From Squalus acanthias (Eukaryota), in contig CM059425.1 in the NCBI GenBank assembly GCA_030390025.1, forward strand, positions 176,020,001 to 176,084,000: a stretch of DNA of 64,000 nt, in the 5' to 3' direction. The translations under genes and the position numbers were made by a program. Below, piece after piece: positions 50,185 to 62,317 of the stretch. The notes beneath the pieces are model-generated. The model worked only from the letters and a program-made list of their open reading frames with translations. It did no database searches and was not told the origin of the DNA. How positions within the stretch are numbered: position 1 is the stretch's first letter; the number at the start of each line of letters is the position of its first letter.

Positions 50185-50318
50185 TGGGAATTTCCTCGGA
50201 ACTGCTACCAATCCACCACCATAACCTCGTCGGAAGCGTGGCGGAAACCCCCTTCACGTGTGTAAATTGGGTTTTTGCTGCATCTTTGGGAGTGGGAGCA
50301 TCTCCGAGGAAATTCCCA
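50185..50318. mobile_element. Tiny MITE with perfect 16-bp TIR
   Basis: TGGGAATTTCCTCGGA / TCCGAGGAAATTCCCA. Confidence 0.7.
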
Positions 50319-51049
50319 AACAATATATCCAGTAATTAGCACCTGCTAAGAGGTGTTTTTCGTGATCCCATGCATTCAAAAACAAATTTTTAAAAAGTGT
50401 CATCAGAGAACCAGGTGCAGAGCTGTGAAATTTGTTGTAAATACACCTGCTGCCACATGCACCACAGGATTGGCACAAGCAAAGTACCAGTCAGCCAGTT
50501 GTAGCATCAAGTTGGCCTCCATCTCCTTCCAGACAGTAATGTTTATGGCGATGGTTCATGGAGTAGCACTGAAAGCAAACCTCCTTGCAACCGCTCCCTG
50601 TATTGCCACTTCCACTTCAGCAGCCCTCAAACACAGGTTAGGGTGCTGGGCCATTCCATCATTGTCTGCACCTTGGGTTTCCTTTCCTTTCATTTTTGCC
50701 TGTCACGTTTTAACCCTTTGGCCCATTGGCCTTGGAGAAGTTTGGTAAGGGTTGAGATAGCTTTTGAGACTTTCTAAAGGACCTTCAGAATTTTTTTCCT
50801 CCTTATTATGACTCTTATCTTTAATTGTACCTGCCCTTTTAAATTTCATCTACATGCAATTTTTCATTCCAATTACTAGTGTGCCCCCTACACCTGCTCA
50901 AATTTGCACCTGGATCTGAATAATTCTGCAAATGGACTGACCCATAAAATTTGAGAGCGATTCGCACTTTACCATTCTGGTGAGATTAATAGCAGTACTT
51001 AACCATTTAGAGCTGACATACACCAGGAGCTGGAAAATCAGCCCCATAG

Positions 51050-51955
51050 CCTTCTCAGGTGGAATTAAAAGATCCCATGGTACTGTTGAAGAAGTGCAAG
51101 GGAGATCTCTCGGTGTCCTGGCCAACACTAATCCCTCAACCAACACCACCAAAACAGAATGGCCCGGAATTTGCAGTCAGCGGCAAAGCGAATCCTAAGT
51201 GTCCAGGAAGAGTGATGTCATCAAGCTAGCTGAGCAGCCATTCACATTGAAGAATTCTCATAGACAGCAAACCAGGAATAAAATGCAAAGTTCTAAATTT
51301 ACTTTTTTTAAATTTTACAGAGAGCAAAAGATTGGGACATACACATAAGATTAAGGTAGAAGCTGAAATATCATAAACTTAAAAAAAAATTATAATAAAA
51401 ACTTGTAATTCTTAATCATATTAATGGAACTATTTCACATTCCACAAATCTAAAATTAGTTTTTCAGGGTTAGAACGGTTGTTCAGCAGTCAGTACGCCA
51501 TTAAAAACCCAGTTACACCTCTTTCAACGGGTTTTTTTGAGAGCGATATTCCATTGTAAAAGGGGAAGTCTTCATCCTTATATGTGATTCCAGCTGATTG
51601 ACAGCTATGGGGAGTTCCACAGCGCAACCTGTGGCGGAGCAGGGAATGACTGACCACAACTTCAGGATTTCCGCAATTATCTGCGCATATGTTAAATCCT
51701 GAAGTTGCTGTCCATTTCAGAGGGGTAATGACGGCGAACGCTGACAGTTTCGCCATCATTACTAGCGCAAAATCCGGCCATTATCTGGTCATTTATCTCA
51801 TTGCTGTTTGTGGGACCTTGCTGTGTGTAAATTAGCTGCCAGGTTTCCCTACATTACTGTAGTGACTACATTTCAAAAATACTTCACTGACTGTGAAGCG
51901 CTTTGGGACATCCTGAGGTCATGAAAGGTGCTTTATAATTGCAAATTCTTTTTTT
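51050..51955 (+). mobile_element. DeuSINE-type SINE split by a MITE
   Basis: AAAAGATCCCATGG..AAAACAG|..|ATTATCTGGTCATT rejoins to the SINE sequence seen at 19960-19985. Confidence 0.75.
51161..51779. mobile_element. Harbinger-type MITE
   Basis: TIR GGCCCGGAATTTGC / GCAAAATCCGGCC; flanks AAT / ATT. Confidence 0.75.
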
Positions 51956-52231
51956 CCTTTATCAAAGCAGGTATCTGCAAAAAAATCCCTTCCAATATTG
52001 AAGTAATGCAGGGGAAGAAGCACAAACTCCTTATTTACTCAGCCCTCTCATAAACCATTGTAGCCACTGCAGGTACATATAGTTGAGCAGCCTGATTTGA
52101 AAAGTGACGCTTGATTAATGGTATTTTTGTGGAGTGCACAGCAGTCACCAAGATGTTGCCAACATTCTGAAGATCATCTACTCTATTTCAAATTACATGA
52201 AGGCATGCCAAATACCTACTCAATTATACTA

Positions 52232-52779
52232 CAGGAAACTCTCGTTTAAACGGCACCTAAATATCCGGAATTCTCTATTAACCGGCAAAATTCATACTCC
52301 GAAAACAACACCTCAATAACCGGAAATGTTGCCGAGTCCGAGTCCGAGTCCGAGTCTTCCGCGGTGGGCGAGTTAGTCAGTGGGGGTAGTTCTCCAAACT
52401 GCCGCTACTCGGCTTCTTGGCGCTGTCGAAAGTCCGAACACCTCAATAACAGGAGTCTGACTCTCCCGCGCTGCCGGCAGTCTCTTCCGATCCGCCATTT
52501 TTCTGTGTGTCTCCCGCGCTGCCGGTAGTCTCTTCCGATTAAAGAGTTATGGATTACCCTCAACTGGCAGTACTGTACTTAATCAAGCATCATCCACCAT
52601 CCATTTAACACAACATTCTGTAGGTGAGTACCCAATTACTGTATACTGCACATTTCTTGATTTTTTTATTTTTGTTTGTTAAAAATAGCCTCGGTAGATA
52701 ACCCTCTCCGTCATCCGGAATTTCTAATCAACCGGCACCATCCCAGCCCCGTCGGTGCCGGATACCAAAGAGTTTCCTG
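52232..52779. mobile_element. Tc1/mariner-pogo (Tigger-like) MITE
   Basis: TA TSD; TIR CAGGAAACTCT / AGAGTTTCCTG; subterminal (C)CGGCA motifs. Confidence 0.75.
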
Positions 52780-54306
52780 TATTAATAGTCTGATGGATCT
52801 CATTATACTTTTGTATTTTGTGGATCCGGAATGGACATCATCAACTTGATTTTAATGACTGTCCTCAGCTCCTTCAGTTTTCACATTTGCAACCCTTGCA
52901 CTTGGAGAAGAAGGGAGGGGTCCCAACATTTCTCTGCAAAAGAGAAGCCCAACAAACCTACAGGGAGAATTGTCTCATCTTCCTGCTCCAAGGCCAATAT
53001 TATAGTGCAATCGGTACAGTGCTATACATTAAAGTTACATTTAAGGTACACAAAGTTACTTGCAAATCTTATTATTTATGCACTTATGGTCCCTTCATAG
53101 CAGAGGTGCAACCATGTATAAAGATTTGGGGTGGACTTAAGGGGAATTTCCGAGATTCAAAACAACATATTCCAGGGTGGAGGGGGGCAAATATATATTA
53201 AAAAAGGGAAGGAGCTATTTCATATATTGGTAGGAAAAACAAGCATTACTGAAATCTATTTTGATGTTACACAAAGTATAGTTGATGTTAATCAATATAG
53301 ATGTTAATGGTGACATCTTTTCTAATGGGGCATTTTGCAACTGTCCTATTTATTCCCAATGTATTAAAATACATTCTTCTGGGTTCTTTGAAACCACCAC
53401 ATCATTGCAAATTGTGGTGAGTTAAATTAAACTATGCAAACATTATCCTTCCATTTAAGTTACAGGTCAACTAACTGAAATAGTATGGACAAAATACAAA
53501 TTTCATGGGTAACATTTTCTTATGTTAAGGTTTTCAAGGATTCTTATGAACTACAGTATGTACTGAACCCTATCAATTATTTTTTCTATAAATTTTATGG
53601 ACAAAATTATATTTAAAAATTACAGAGAAATATTTGTTTAATACTAGTAATTTAAGACAGTTTTCATTTCCCAAGAGTATCCCAACCACCAGGCTTAAGT
53701 GTATTTGGTGCATTCTGAGATTCTTATACTACCATGGGACATTAAAAAAACTACTAAACAAATCATTTCTCAAATTGATAAACTTGTGACTTGATAGAAA
53801 CTAAGGGGAAAAATTCGGTACCTTAGCGCCTCCTGATAGCGCCATCTGCTGGCACTAACAGGGCGCTAGAGCATTATCACCGGGACGAGGTGAATCCAAC
53901 GCCGCATGCAAAATCCCGCCTCCCCTCACAGCGCCGCCGATAACAATTATCGCGGGGTTCTCAATGTCAAGTGGATCATGACGTCAGTCAGTGTGCAATG
54001 CTCACTGGTCACCCAATCTGCGAAATTGATTGTTGCCAACTACCTTAGCGCCTGGAGGAAACAGCTACAGGGAGAGCTGGCGTGAAGCAACAGCAAGCCG
54101 GCTCCATGGACGTTATTTAAAGGGATCATCAGTAATGAGTCGCAGCTGTAGGTTAGTGGAGTTTCAGTACTTTCTTCTCAGTTTCACAAAGTGCAACAGT
54201 TTCATTCCGTAAATTCAAGGTTATTTAGTATCATGAGTGTTGTGGTAACTAAAAAGTAGCTACGGTTATTCTTAAAAAAATCAACCTGCTACACTTGGTT
54301 ACCTTA

Positions 54307-55429
54307 ATGGGGGGCTGTACTGGCAGTCAACCTCACCCTCCAGGATCTACAGCGGAGGGAGCGGAGGCAGCGAGAAAGACTGGAACATGTGGCCAGAGGG
54401 AGGAGGAGGGTCATGAGGGCTCTCAACAGGAGGTCTTATCCTCCGAGGGTCTTCCGAGAGCACTTCTCCTACCTCCAATTAAGCGAGGAGCAGTGTATTA
54501 GAAGGCTCCACTTTACGAAGGAGGTGGTCACAGAACTCTGCCACCTCCTGCAACCAGACCTCCAGCCTCAGATCAGGGCGACCACGGCTCTCTCAGTGGC
54601 AGTCAAGGTCACCATCGCCCTCAATTTCTTCGACAGCAGATCTTTCCAGTCTGCAACAGGAGACATAGCTAACATCTTGCAGTTCGCCATCCATTGCTGC
54701 ATCCGAGAGGTCACAGAGGCTCTCTACAGTAGGAGAAGCAGGACAAGCATGCAGGAGGCTTTGCCAGGATAGCGGGATTCCCCATGGTGCAGGGCAGCAT
54801 TGACTGCAGCCACGTGGCTTTGCGGGCACCTCATAACAATCCTGAGATCTTCCGTAACCGCAAAGGCTACCACTCACTTAATGTACAGTTGGTGTGCGAC
54901 CACAGACAGCGAATTCTCAATGTCAATGCCCGCTACCCTGGCAGCAGCCACGATGCCTTCGTCCTGCGCCAGACTGGTGTGCCAGCACTCTTGCAGCCAC
55001 CACGGCAAGCTCGCGGCAAGGGTTATCCGCTCTCCATCTGGCTCATGACTCCCCTCCGCAACCCCAACACTCCTGCCCAGCAGTCAAATAATGAGAGCCA
55101 TGTTGCCACCAGGAACCTCATCGAGCAGACTATCGGCCTGCTGAACTAACGGTTCCGCTGCCTTGACAGCTCGGGAGGAGCCCTCCAGTACTCGGCTGAG
55201 CGGCTGTCCCATTTCGTGGTGGTCTGCTGCATCCTCCACAACTTGGCCACCAGGGATTGTGGGACCACCTCAGGAGGAGGAAAAGGGAGAGGAGGAGGAG
55301 GAGGAGGAGTACGAGGAGGAAGAGGAAGACGAGGAGGAGGAGGAACAGGAGCGAGGGAGGAGGCAGCCACTCAATCGGCCTTCCGGAAGGGCGGTCCATG
55401 ATCGCCTCATCAGACTGCAGTTTGAATGA
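54307..55429 (+). pseudogene. Harbinger transposase pseudogene (best preserved copy)
   Basis: ORFs 54389-54772 and 54784-55149 ([52 protein letters not shown]); deletions, stops, acidic tail. Confidence 0.92.
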
Positions 55430-55679
55430 ATTAAACCCCAGATCCCTGTTGCTCACCATATCCCCATCATTCCATCCCTGTTGCAGGCCAGATCACAGCG
55501 CAAAGCTGAAATAAGACACACCACAAAAGATTCCAAACTGAATTAATAAATTTTATGAAGAATCAGTTAACACATATTTAGAACAAAAATATTAACTATT
55601 CACCCTTGTGCAATCCCTTAGTGCCTCTCGTTACTGTGCCTTTGCCTACTCTAGTGCTCCTACAAAGTGTTGGCCCAGT

Positions 55680-57445
55680 GGCTACAGCAGGGCTGGTGTA
55701 AGGCTGCTGAGTGTCCATGTGGTAGACTTCAGATGGCCTTGCAGGACGCCCTCAACCAGCTCTGGGCCTGGAAGGCCTGACTGTAGACTGCACCACCTCA
55801 GCATGGGCGGCAGCAGTCTGGGCTGGCTGGATGATAGGCAGCAACAAGGGCAATGGCAGAGTGGCAGTGGTGGGAGCAGGAATGCTGTCATCCTGAGAGA
55901 GGACAGCAGGTTCCTGCTCCACTGACCCACTGCCATTCCCCTGGGGCAGCACCTCAGCATCCCTAGCAATCTGTTGGAGCACAGATTGCTGGCCTGCTGC
56001 AACACCGTGAAAGGCCCAGTCGACAGTGGTAGACCCAACCATGATGGCAGCAGTCAGAGCTTGCCTTGCATCAAGCTGAGACTGCATGAGAGCAGTCTGA
56101 GATTGGATGCCACCAACCATCGACTGCATTGCAGCACTTCTGCCTGTGCTGCAATGGAAGCTGCCAGATCGCCCACCACATGCGGCATCAGGTCTGGGTC
56201 GCCACAGTCTCTCTGGGAGTCTACCATCCTTTGCAGACTGGAAATGATGGGCTCCATGGTGTGTGCAGAGCCTTGTGCAATATTGGAGGCAGACTCCTCC
56301 ACGCTCCTTACCATTGCCGAGAGGCTCTCGGCACCCTTGCCATTGCACCTATCATCTCGGTGTGCGTGCCCAGCACCCTTCTTCTAAATGAACCCCATCA
56401 AGGTCCTCATCTGAGTCCTGTGCAGCAGAACTCACATGCGAACACGCCCTCCGGGGAGCTGGCCCCTGAGCTACCCTATCCTCCTGGCCTTGCTGCAGCC
56501 CACTCATCCCCAGTGCCTCACCCTGTGCAGATCCCGCTACTATACTAGCCTCTAAAGAACGCGTAGTGCCAATATCTGAGCTGGTGCCTGTGGGTGAGAC
56601 ATACAGTGATGTGGTGTGTTCTTCCTCCTCCTCTTCTCCCGCATCGCTCTCTATGGTGCCCTCAGGGACAAGCTGCTCAGGTGCTTGCTCATTACCTGAA
56701 AGCATAAAGGCACAAGAATCAGGTTAAGGTGAGGGGAGGGGGCAGGAAGGGAGAAATGCCTGCATACAGTATGATTAGGTGGAAAGTGCAAAATGCTTGT
56801 GAGGTGAGGGGGAAGTGAGATGTGAAAAGAAGGAGTAGGGATGAATATACCATTGTCCCCAAGGGAGTCAACTTCACCAGGGCCACGGCGGCCACCACTT
56901 GGCGCCCAATAATCTGCAGCACTCTATTCTCCAGCGCAGACCGTGTTTGGGTGTCGGCTTGTCCCCCGCCTGTGCGCTCCTGCTCCCTCCTGTTGTGAGC
57001 CACCTTGGCCTGCAAGAGAATCGAAAGTGTGTGAGTGAGTGTGGAGCAATGCACCTCTTATAGTTGAATAGCTGTCATTGTGTGTGAGGTGAGATGTGGG
57101 GGTGAGTGTTGGTAGGTAGAGACTGTTGGTAGGTGAGTGCTGGGGATGTGGTGCTTTGGGCAGTGTGTGAAGACTGTGGTTCAGATGGTGATAAGTAGCA
57201 TTTGTTGAAGCATTCACTCACCCTGACCACCTGAGTGAGGTCGTTAAATTTCTTCCTGCGCTGTGTGTGGGTCCTGGGGACCACAGTGCTGCCCGAGACC
57301 TGCTGCGCTACCTCCCTCCACATGGTGCAGAAGACTTGCGACGAGGGCCTCCTGCAACTTGCCGCGTAGAGCAAGCGAACACCAACGCCTCCAATGCTTG
57401 ATCGCTGAATCAGGGGGCTCTCCCCCTGGGGCGTGGATCTGCCAT
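55680..57445 (-). pseudogene. Harbinger Myb/SANT gene pseudogene (H5), three exons
   Basis: Exon 1 57445-57222 (MADPRPRGRAP*FSDQALEAL..RKKFNDL, AGG|GTGAGT); exon 2 57009-56851 (AKVAHNRREQERTGGG); exon 3 from 56695. Confidence 0.82.
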
Positions 57446-57793
57446 GAGTACCGCTGTTTCAGTCCACCGGCTCCTTCTCCTTGACCTGCTGCTGCTTGCT
57501 GAGGCAGCTGCACAGCCAGTAATGCTGAGAATGAGGTTCTGCAACATCAATGAACCTCCCCTTTAAGAACTGAAAAAAGCCTGTGGCAATCATGGCTTGC
57601 AATTAGATTGCACCTGATATTGGTCCACCCTTTGAGAGTAACGGCAATGAGCTTGGGCTTGCAGACTTGAATTAGCTCTCCAATCATTTTGAACAGTGAG
57701 CATGAATTTTGCATGCAGTCTAAAGCATTAGCACCTGGCGCTAAGTCTCCAACTTTTCTATTATACCGCCCATTCCTGGGCTAAAATGAATTT

Positions 57794-59735
57794 AGAAACA
57801 TAGAAACATAGGAGATAGGAGCAGGAGTATGCCATTCAGCCCCTCGAGCCTGTTCCGCCATTTAATGAGATCATGGCTGATCATCCAAATTCAGTACCCT
57901 GTCCCTGCTTTCTCCCCATATCCCTTGATCCCTTTAGACTTAAGAAATATATCTAACTCCTTCTTGAATATATTTAATGAATTGGCCTCAACTGCCTTCT
58001 GTGGTAGAGAATTCCACAGGTTCACCACTCTCTGGGTGAAGAAATTCCTCCTCATCTCAGTCCTAAATGGCTTACCCCTTATCCTTAGACTGTGACCCCT
58101 GGTTCTGGACTCCCCCACCATCGGGAACATCCTTCCTGCATCTAGTCTGTCTAGTCCTGTTAGAATTTTATAAGTTTCAATGAGATCCCCTCTCATTCTT
58201 CTAAACTCTAGCGAATATAAGCCTAATCGACCCAATCTCTCTTCATACGTCATTCCTGCCATCCCAGGTATCAGTCTGGTGAATCTTCGCTGCACTCCCT
58301 TCATGGCAAGAACATCCTTCCTCAGATAAGGCGGCAAAAACTGCACACAATACTCAAGGTGTGGTCTCACCAAGGCCTTGTACAACTGCAGCAAGACATC
58401 CTTGCTCCTGTACTCGAATCCTCTCGCTATGAAGGCCAACATACCATTTGCCTTCTTAACCGCCTGCTGCACCTGCATGCTTACCTTCAGCGACTGGTGC
58501 ACAAGGACACCCAGGTCTCGTTGCACTTCCCCTTCTCCCAATCTATTGCCGTTCAGATAATAATCTGCCTTCCTGTTTTTGCCACCAAAGTGGATAACCT
58601 CGCATTTATCCACATTATACTGCATCTGCCATGCATATGCCCAATCACCCAACCTGTCCAAATCATACTGGAGTTTCTCTGCATCCTCCTCACAGCACAC
58701 ATGCCCACCCAGCTTTGTGTCGTCTGCAAACTTGGAGATATTGGCCCAGAAATTAAACATGGATGGTTCCCGCGGGGGTAAGGATTCTCCGCGATATCGC
58801 ACTCCGCGCCTACCTTTTGCTCCGGGCCCACACGAACTTTAGTTTCAAAGCCTCTCTCTGTTGCAACCGTGCAGTGCTTGCTTGTCCCAGAGGCGCAATT
58901 AGTTCGTGCGAGCTCTGGGATCACGTGATTTAATTAGAGCCAATGGCAGCACACCATCTTTCATTCATAGTTTTGACGGCAAGAGCTGTCAAAGCTATGA
59001 ATACTACAAACCCCCAAAAGAACAGCTAAACCTCAATTAAATTTTAAAAAAAGCCATCACATTAATAAAATAAGTATAGTTAAATAAATTAACCACTTTA
59101 AACAAAAAATTTAATTTTTGAAAAAATTTTAAATCTTTTTAAAAGTTATAAAAATAAACTTACCTTTCTTTAAAGTCTCTAAAAAAGATAAACCTGTTGA
59201 AAAAAAATTAAAATAACACTTAATTAACTACTTACCTTGTTAAAAGGGGGTCCTACGCCTGCTTTCTTTGTGTGTAAAATCTTCACTACTTACCTGTGCG
59301 TTCAAAGCTGAAAAAAAACCGAAGTGCACTGCGTGCGCACAGCCTGTAGTGCACACGCGGTTCACTTAGGAACCGCCCCCCTTTCAATTCACGAAGTGCC
59401 GGTTTCCCGCGCATGCGCAGTGCATGCAGGAAACTGGTAATTCGGGATCTAATACGCGAGAGTACACAGTGCGTACTCTCGCGTATTAGGTTTAATTTTC
59501 GGGCCATTACATCTAGTTCCCTCGTCTAGATCATTAATATATATTGTGAATAGCTGGGGTCCTAGCGGTACCCCACTAGTCACTGCCTGCCACTCGGAAA
59601 AAGACCCGTTTATTCCAACTCTTTGCTTCCTGTCTGCCAACCAGTTCTCTATCCAAGTCAGTACCTTACCCCCAATCCCATGTGCTTTAACTTTGCACGC
59701 TAATTTCTTATGTGGGACCTTATCGAAAGCCTTCT
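57794..59735 (-). mobile_element. 5'-truncated CR1 LINE split by a MITE
   Basis: ORF 57891-58802 ([12 protein letters not shown]..) continues in 59449-59640; (TTCTATGT)n tail. Confidence 0.95.
58743..59505. mobile_element. Harbinger-type MITE (family M2) inside CR1
   Basis: ATT TSD (58740-58742, 59506-59508); TIR GGCCCAGAAATTAAA / TTTAATTTTCGGGCC. Confidence 0.88.
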
Positions 59736-60547
59736 AGCCCTAATTTTATAGTTTTCAATATATAGGGCAGAACTGCAATCTAAAATAGAGGTTGATTTAA
59801 TCCAGGGGGCTTCTATGTGTTTGCTTGTTAAAGATCTTAAAAATAGTCATACAGTTTGAGCCCACTACAATATTTATTAAGAATACCCCCATGATTAATT
59901 AAATACTGTATTCCTGTGATATGGAAACACAAGATGCAGCATGAGGTCCCGAGGGCAGCTGTCTGCTCTTATATATCATAAGGAAATGAAATGACCCAAG
60001 CACCTGGCAAGAGGAAGATTTGTTTCCAGAAACCAATTAATGAAATGCAGTTGGCCATCGTTCCCCTGAGTGATTGCCAACTGGAAGTGCAGGCTTGCTT
60101 TATATTCTGTCTTCTTAATGAGCAACACAAAGCACGAGTTTGCGAAAGATGAAGCATATAATTTCTGGCAGGATTCCATCTTCCTTCCAGAGATTTATAG
60201 TCTATCCTCTTAGTCAGCTAAGGTTTTCACGTGATTAGCTGTTCTTGAATTTACAGCAGAATCTTTGATTTCTCTCAGACAGCTCAGATACTTTCCGCTA
60301 CAAGTTATATTTTTTCCTGTATCAAAGTGACACTCTGCTGTGCTAAAGTTCTGAGATAGTTGGTCATTTTTTATGAAAAAGAACAAAATGAAACCATCTG
60401 TAAATAACGTCTGCTGCTATTTGGTACTCTGTCAGTATGAGGTTAGATCCCTGGTATGATAACTCAGTGATGCGTTTCAGCCTTTAAAAATGGGTAATTA
60501 AGATTTTTACTCTAGATTGCTTCCATAGCTAATCTAAACCTTATGAT

Positions 60548-62290
60548 ACTATGATCACTGTTCCCTAAATGTTCCCCTACTAACACTTGCTCCACTTGAC
60601 CCACCTCATTCCCCAGAACCAGATCCAGCAATGCCTCCTTCCTCGTTGGGCCGAAACGTACTGATCAAGAAAGTTCTCCTGAACACACTTCAGAAATTCT
60701 TCCCCCTCTCTGCCCTTTACACTATTACTATCCCAGTCTATATTAGGATAATTGTAGTCTCCCATTAGTACTACTCTATAGTTCTTGCACCTCTCTGTAA
60801 TTACCCTGCAAATTTGCTCCTCTATATCTTTCCCACTAGTTGGTGGCCTATAGAATACACCTAGCAGTGTAATGGCACCTCTATTATTTCTTAACTCTAA
60901 CCAAATAGATTCTGTCCTTGACCCCTCCAGGACATCCTCTCTCTCCAGCACTGCAACATTCTCCTTAAACAGTACTACCACCCCACCTCCTTTCTTTCCG
61001 TCCCTATCTTTTCTGAACAACTTCTATCCAGGAATATTTAAAACCCAATCCTGCCCTTTTTTGAGCCAGGTCTCTGTTATCACCACAACATCATATTCCC
61101 ATGTGGCTATTTGTGCCTGCAGCTCACCAACCTTATTTACCATGCTTCGTGCGTTTACACACATACATTGTAAACCTGACTTCTTGTATTCTTGTATTCT
61201 CTCTTAATCTGACCCCACCTAATACCGTACTATTTCTTACTCTGGTGCTATCTGTCTCTCACCATCCTTTGTGCACTTTGTTTCTCCTTTCTAATGCTAC
61301 ATCCTGGCGCCCAACCCCCTGCCAAATTAGTTTAAACCCGCCCCAACAGCACCAGCAACACTCCCCCTGCCCCCAACAAGGACATTGGTTCCGGCTCTGT
61401 TGAGGTGCAACCCGTCCGGCCTGTACAAGTCCCACCTCCCCCAGAACCGGTCCCAATGTCCCAGGAATCTGAAGCCCTCCCTCCTGCACCAGCTCTCCAG
61501 CCACGCATTCATCTGCTCTATCTTCCTATTTCTCTACCCACTAGCTCGTGGCACCGGGAGTAATCTACACAGGGAGGATTGCTACCTTTGAGGTCCTGCT
61601 TTTTAATCTCTTTGCTAGCTCCCTAAAATCTGCCTGCAGGACCTCATCCCTCTTTCTGCCTATGTCGTTGGTACCAATATAGACCATGACCTCTGGCTGT
61701 TCACCCTCCCCCTCAGAATGTTATGCAGCCGCTCAGTGACATCCTTGACCCTGGCACCAGGAGGCAACATACCATCCTGGAATCACGTCTGCGGCTGCAG
61801 AAACGCCTGTCTGTTCCCCTAACTATCGAATCCCCTACCACTATTGCCTTCCCGATCTTCCTCCTCCCCCCTTGTACAGCTGAGCCACCCGTGGTGCCGT
61901 GGACTTGGCTCTGGCTGTACTCCCCAGAGGAACCATCGCCTGCACCAGTATGGTTGGAGAGCGAGATGCACTCAGGGGACTCCTGCACTACCTGCCTGGT
62001 CCTCCTTGTCTGTCTGATGGTCACCCATTCCCTCTCTGCCTGCACATTCTTACGCTTCTTGGTGACCTCATTCTGAAACGTGCTATCCACTTAGCTCTCA
62101 GCCTCACGGATGCACCGCTGCTGCACAAGCTCCGAAACCCAGAGCTCGAGCTCCTCCAACCAACGACACTTCCTGCACACGTGGTTGTCCAGGACACCAG
62201 ATGCGTCCTTGATTTCCCACATGGCGTAGGATATGCATTCCACGGGACTGAGGTGCCCTGCCATGCCTCTATTTACTCGACTAGTAATTA
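60548..62290 (-). mobile_element. CR1 LINE 5' part: ORF1 (Cys-rich N-terminus, coiled coil, esterase) and ORF2 endonuclease start
   Basis: ATG 62264 MAGHLSPVEC..HVCRKC; IVVGDSIVRGTDRRFC, DGLHLN; APE motifs FRKDR..GGGV, GVFYRPP, MGDYNYPNIDW; frameshifted. Confidence 0.9.
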
Positions 62291-62317
62291 AATTACAGAA
62301 ATAAACTTAAGACTTAA

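Larger units (their letters stand above)
53805..59740 (+). mobile_element. PIF/Harbinger transposon H5 with a CR1 inserted in its right TIR
   Basis: TAA|GGGGAAAAATTC at left; right TIR split GAATTT (to 57793) .. CTAGCCC|TAA (59740); convergent genes. Confidence 0.85.

Noticed and set aside
50500..50700. Possible Myb/SANT remnant on -
   Set aside because: Too decayed to support by eye.
52850..52950. Minus-strand acceptor TTCTCTTTTGCAG with short open frames
   Set aside because: Isolated signal with no recognisable peptide; such sites are common by chance.
59900..60300. Unique sequence that might be a conserved enhancer
   Set aside because: Needs cross-species alignment; nothing diagnostic in the sequence.
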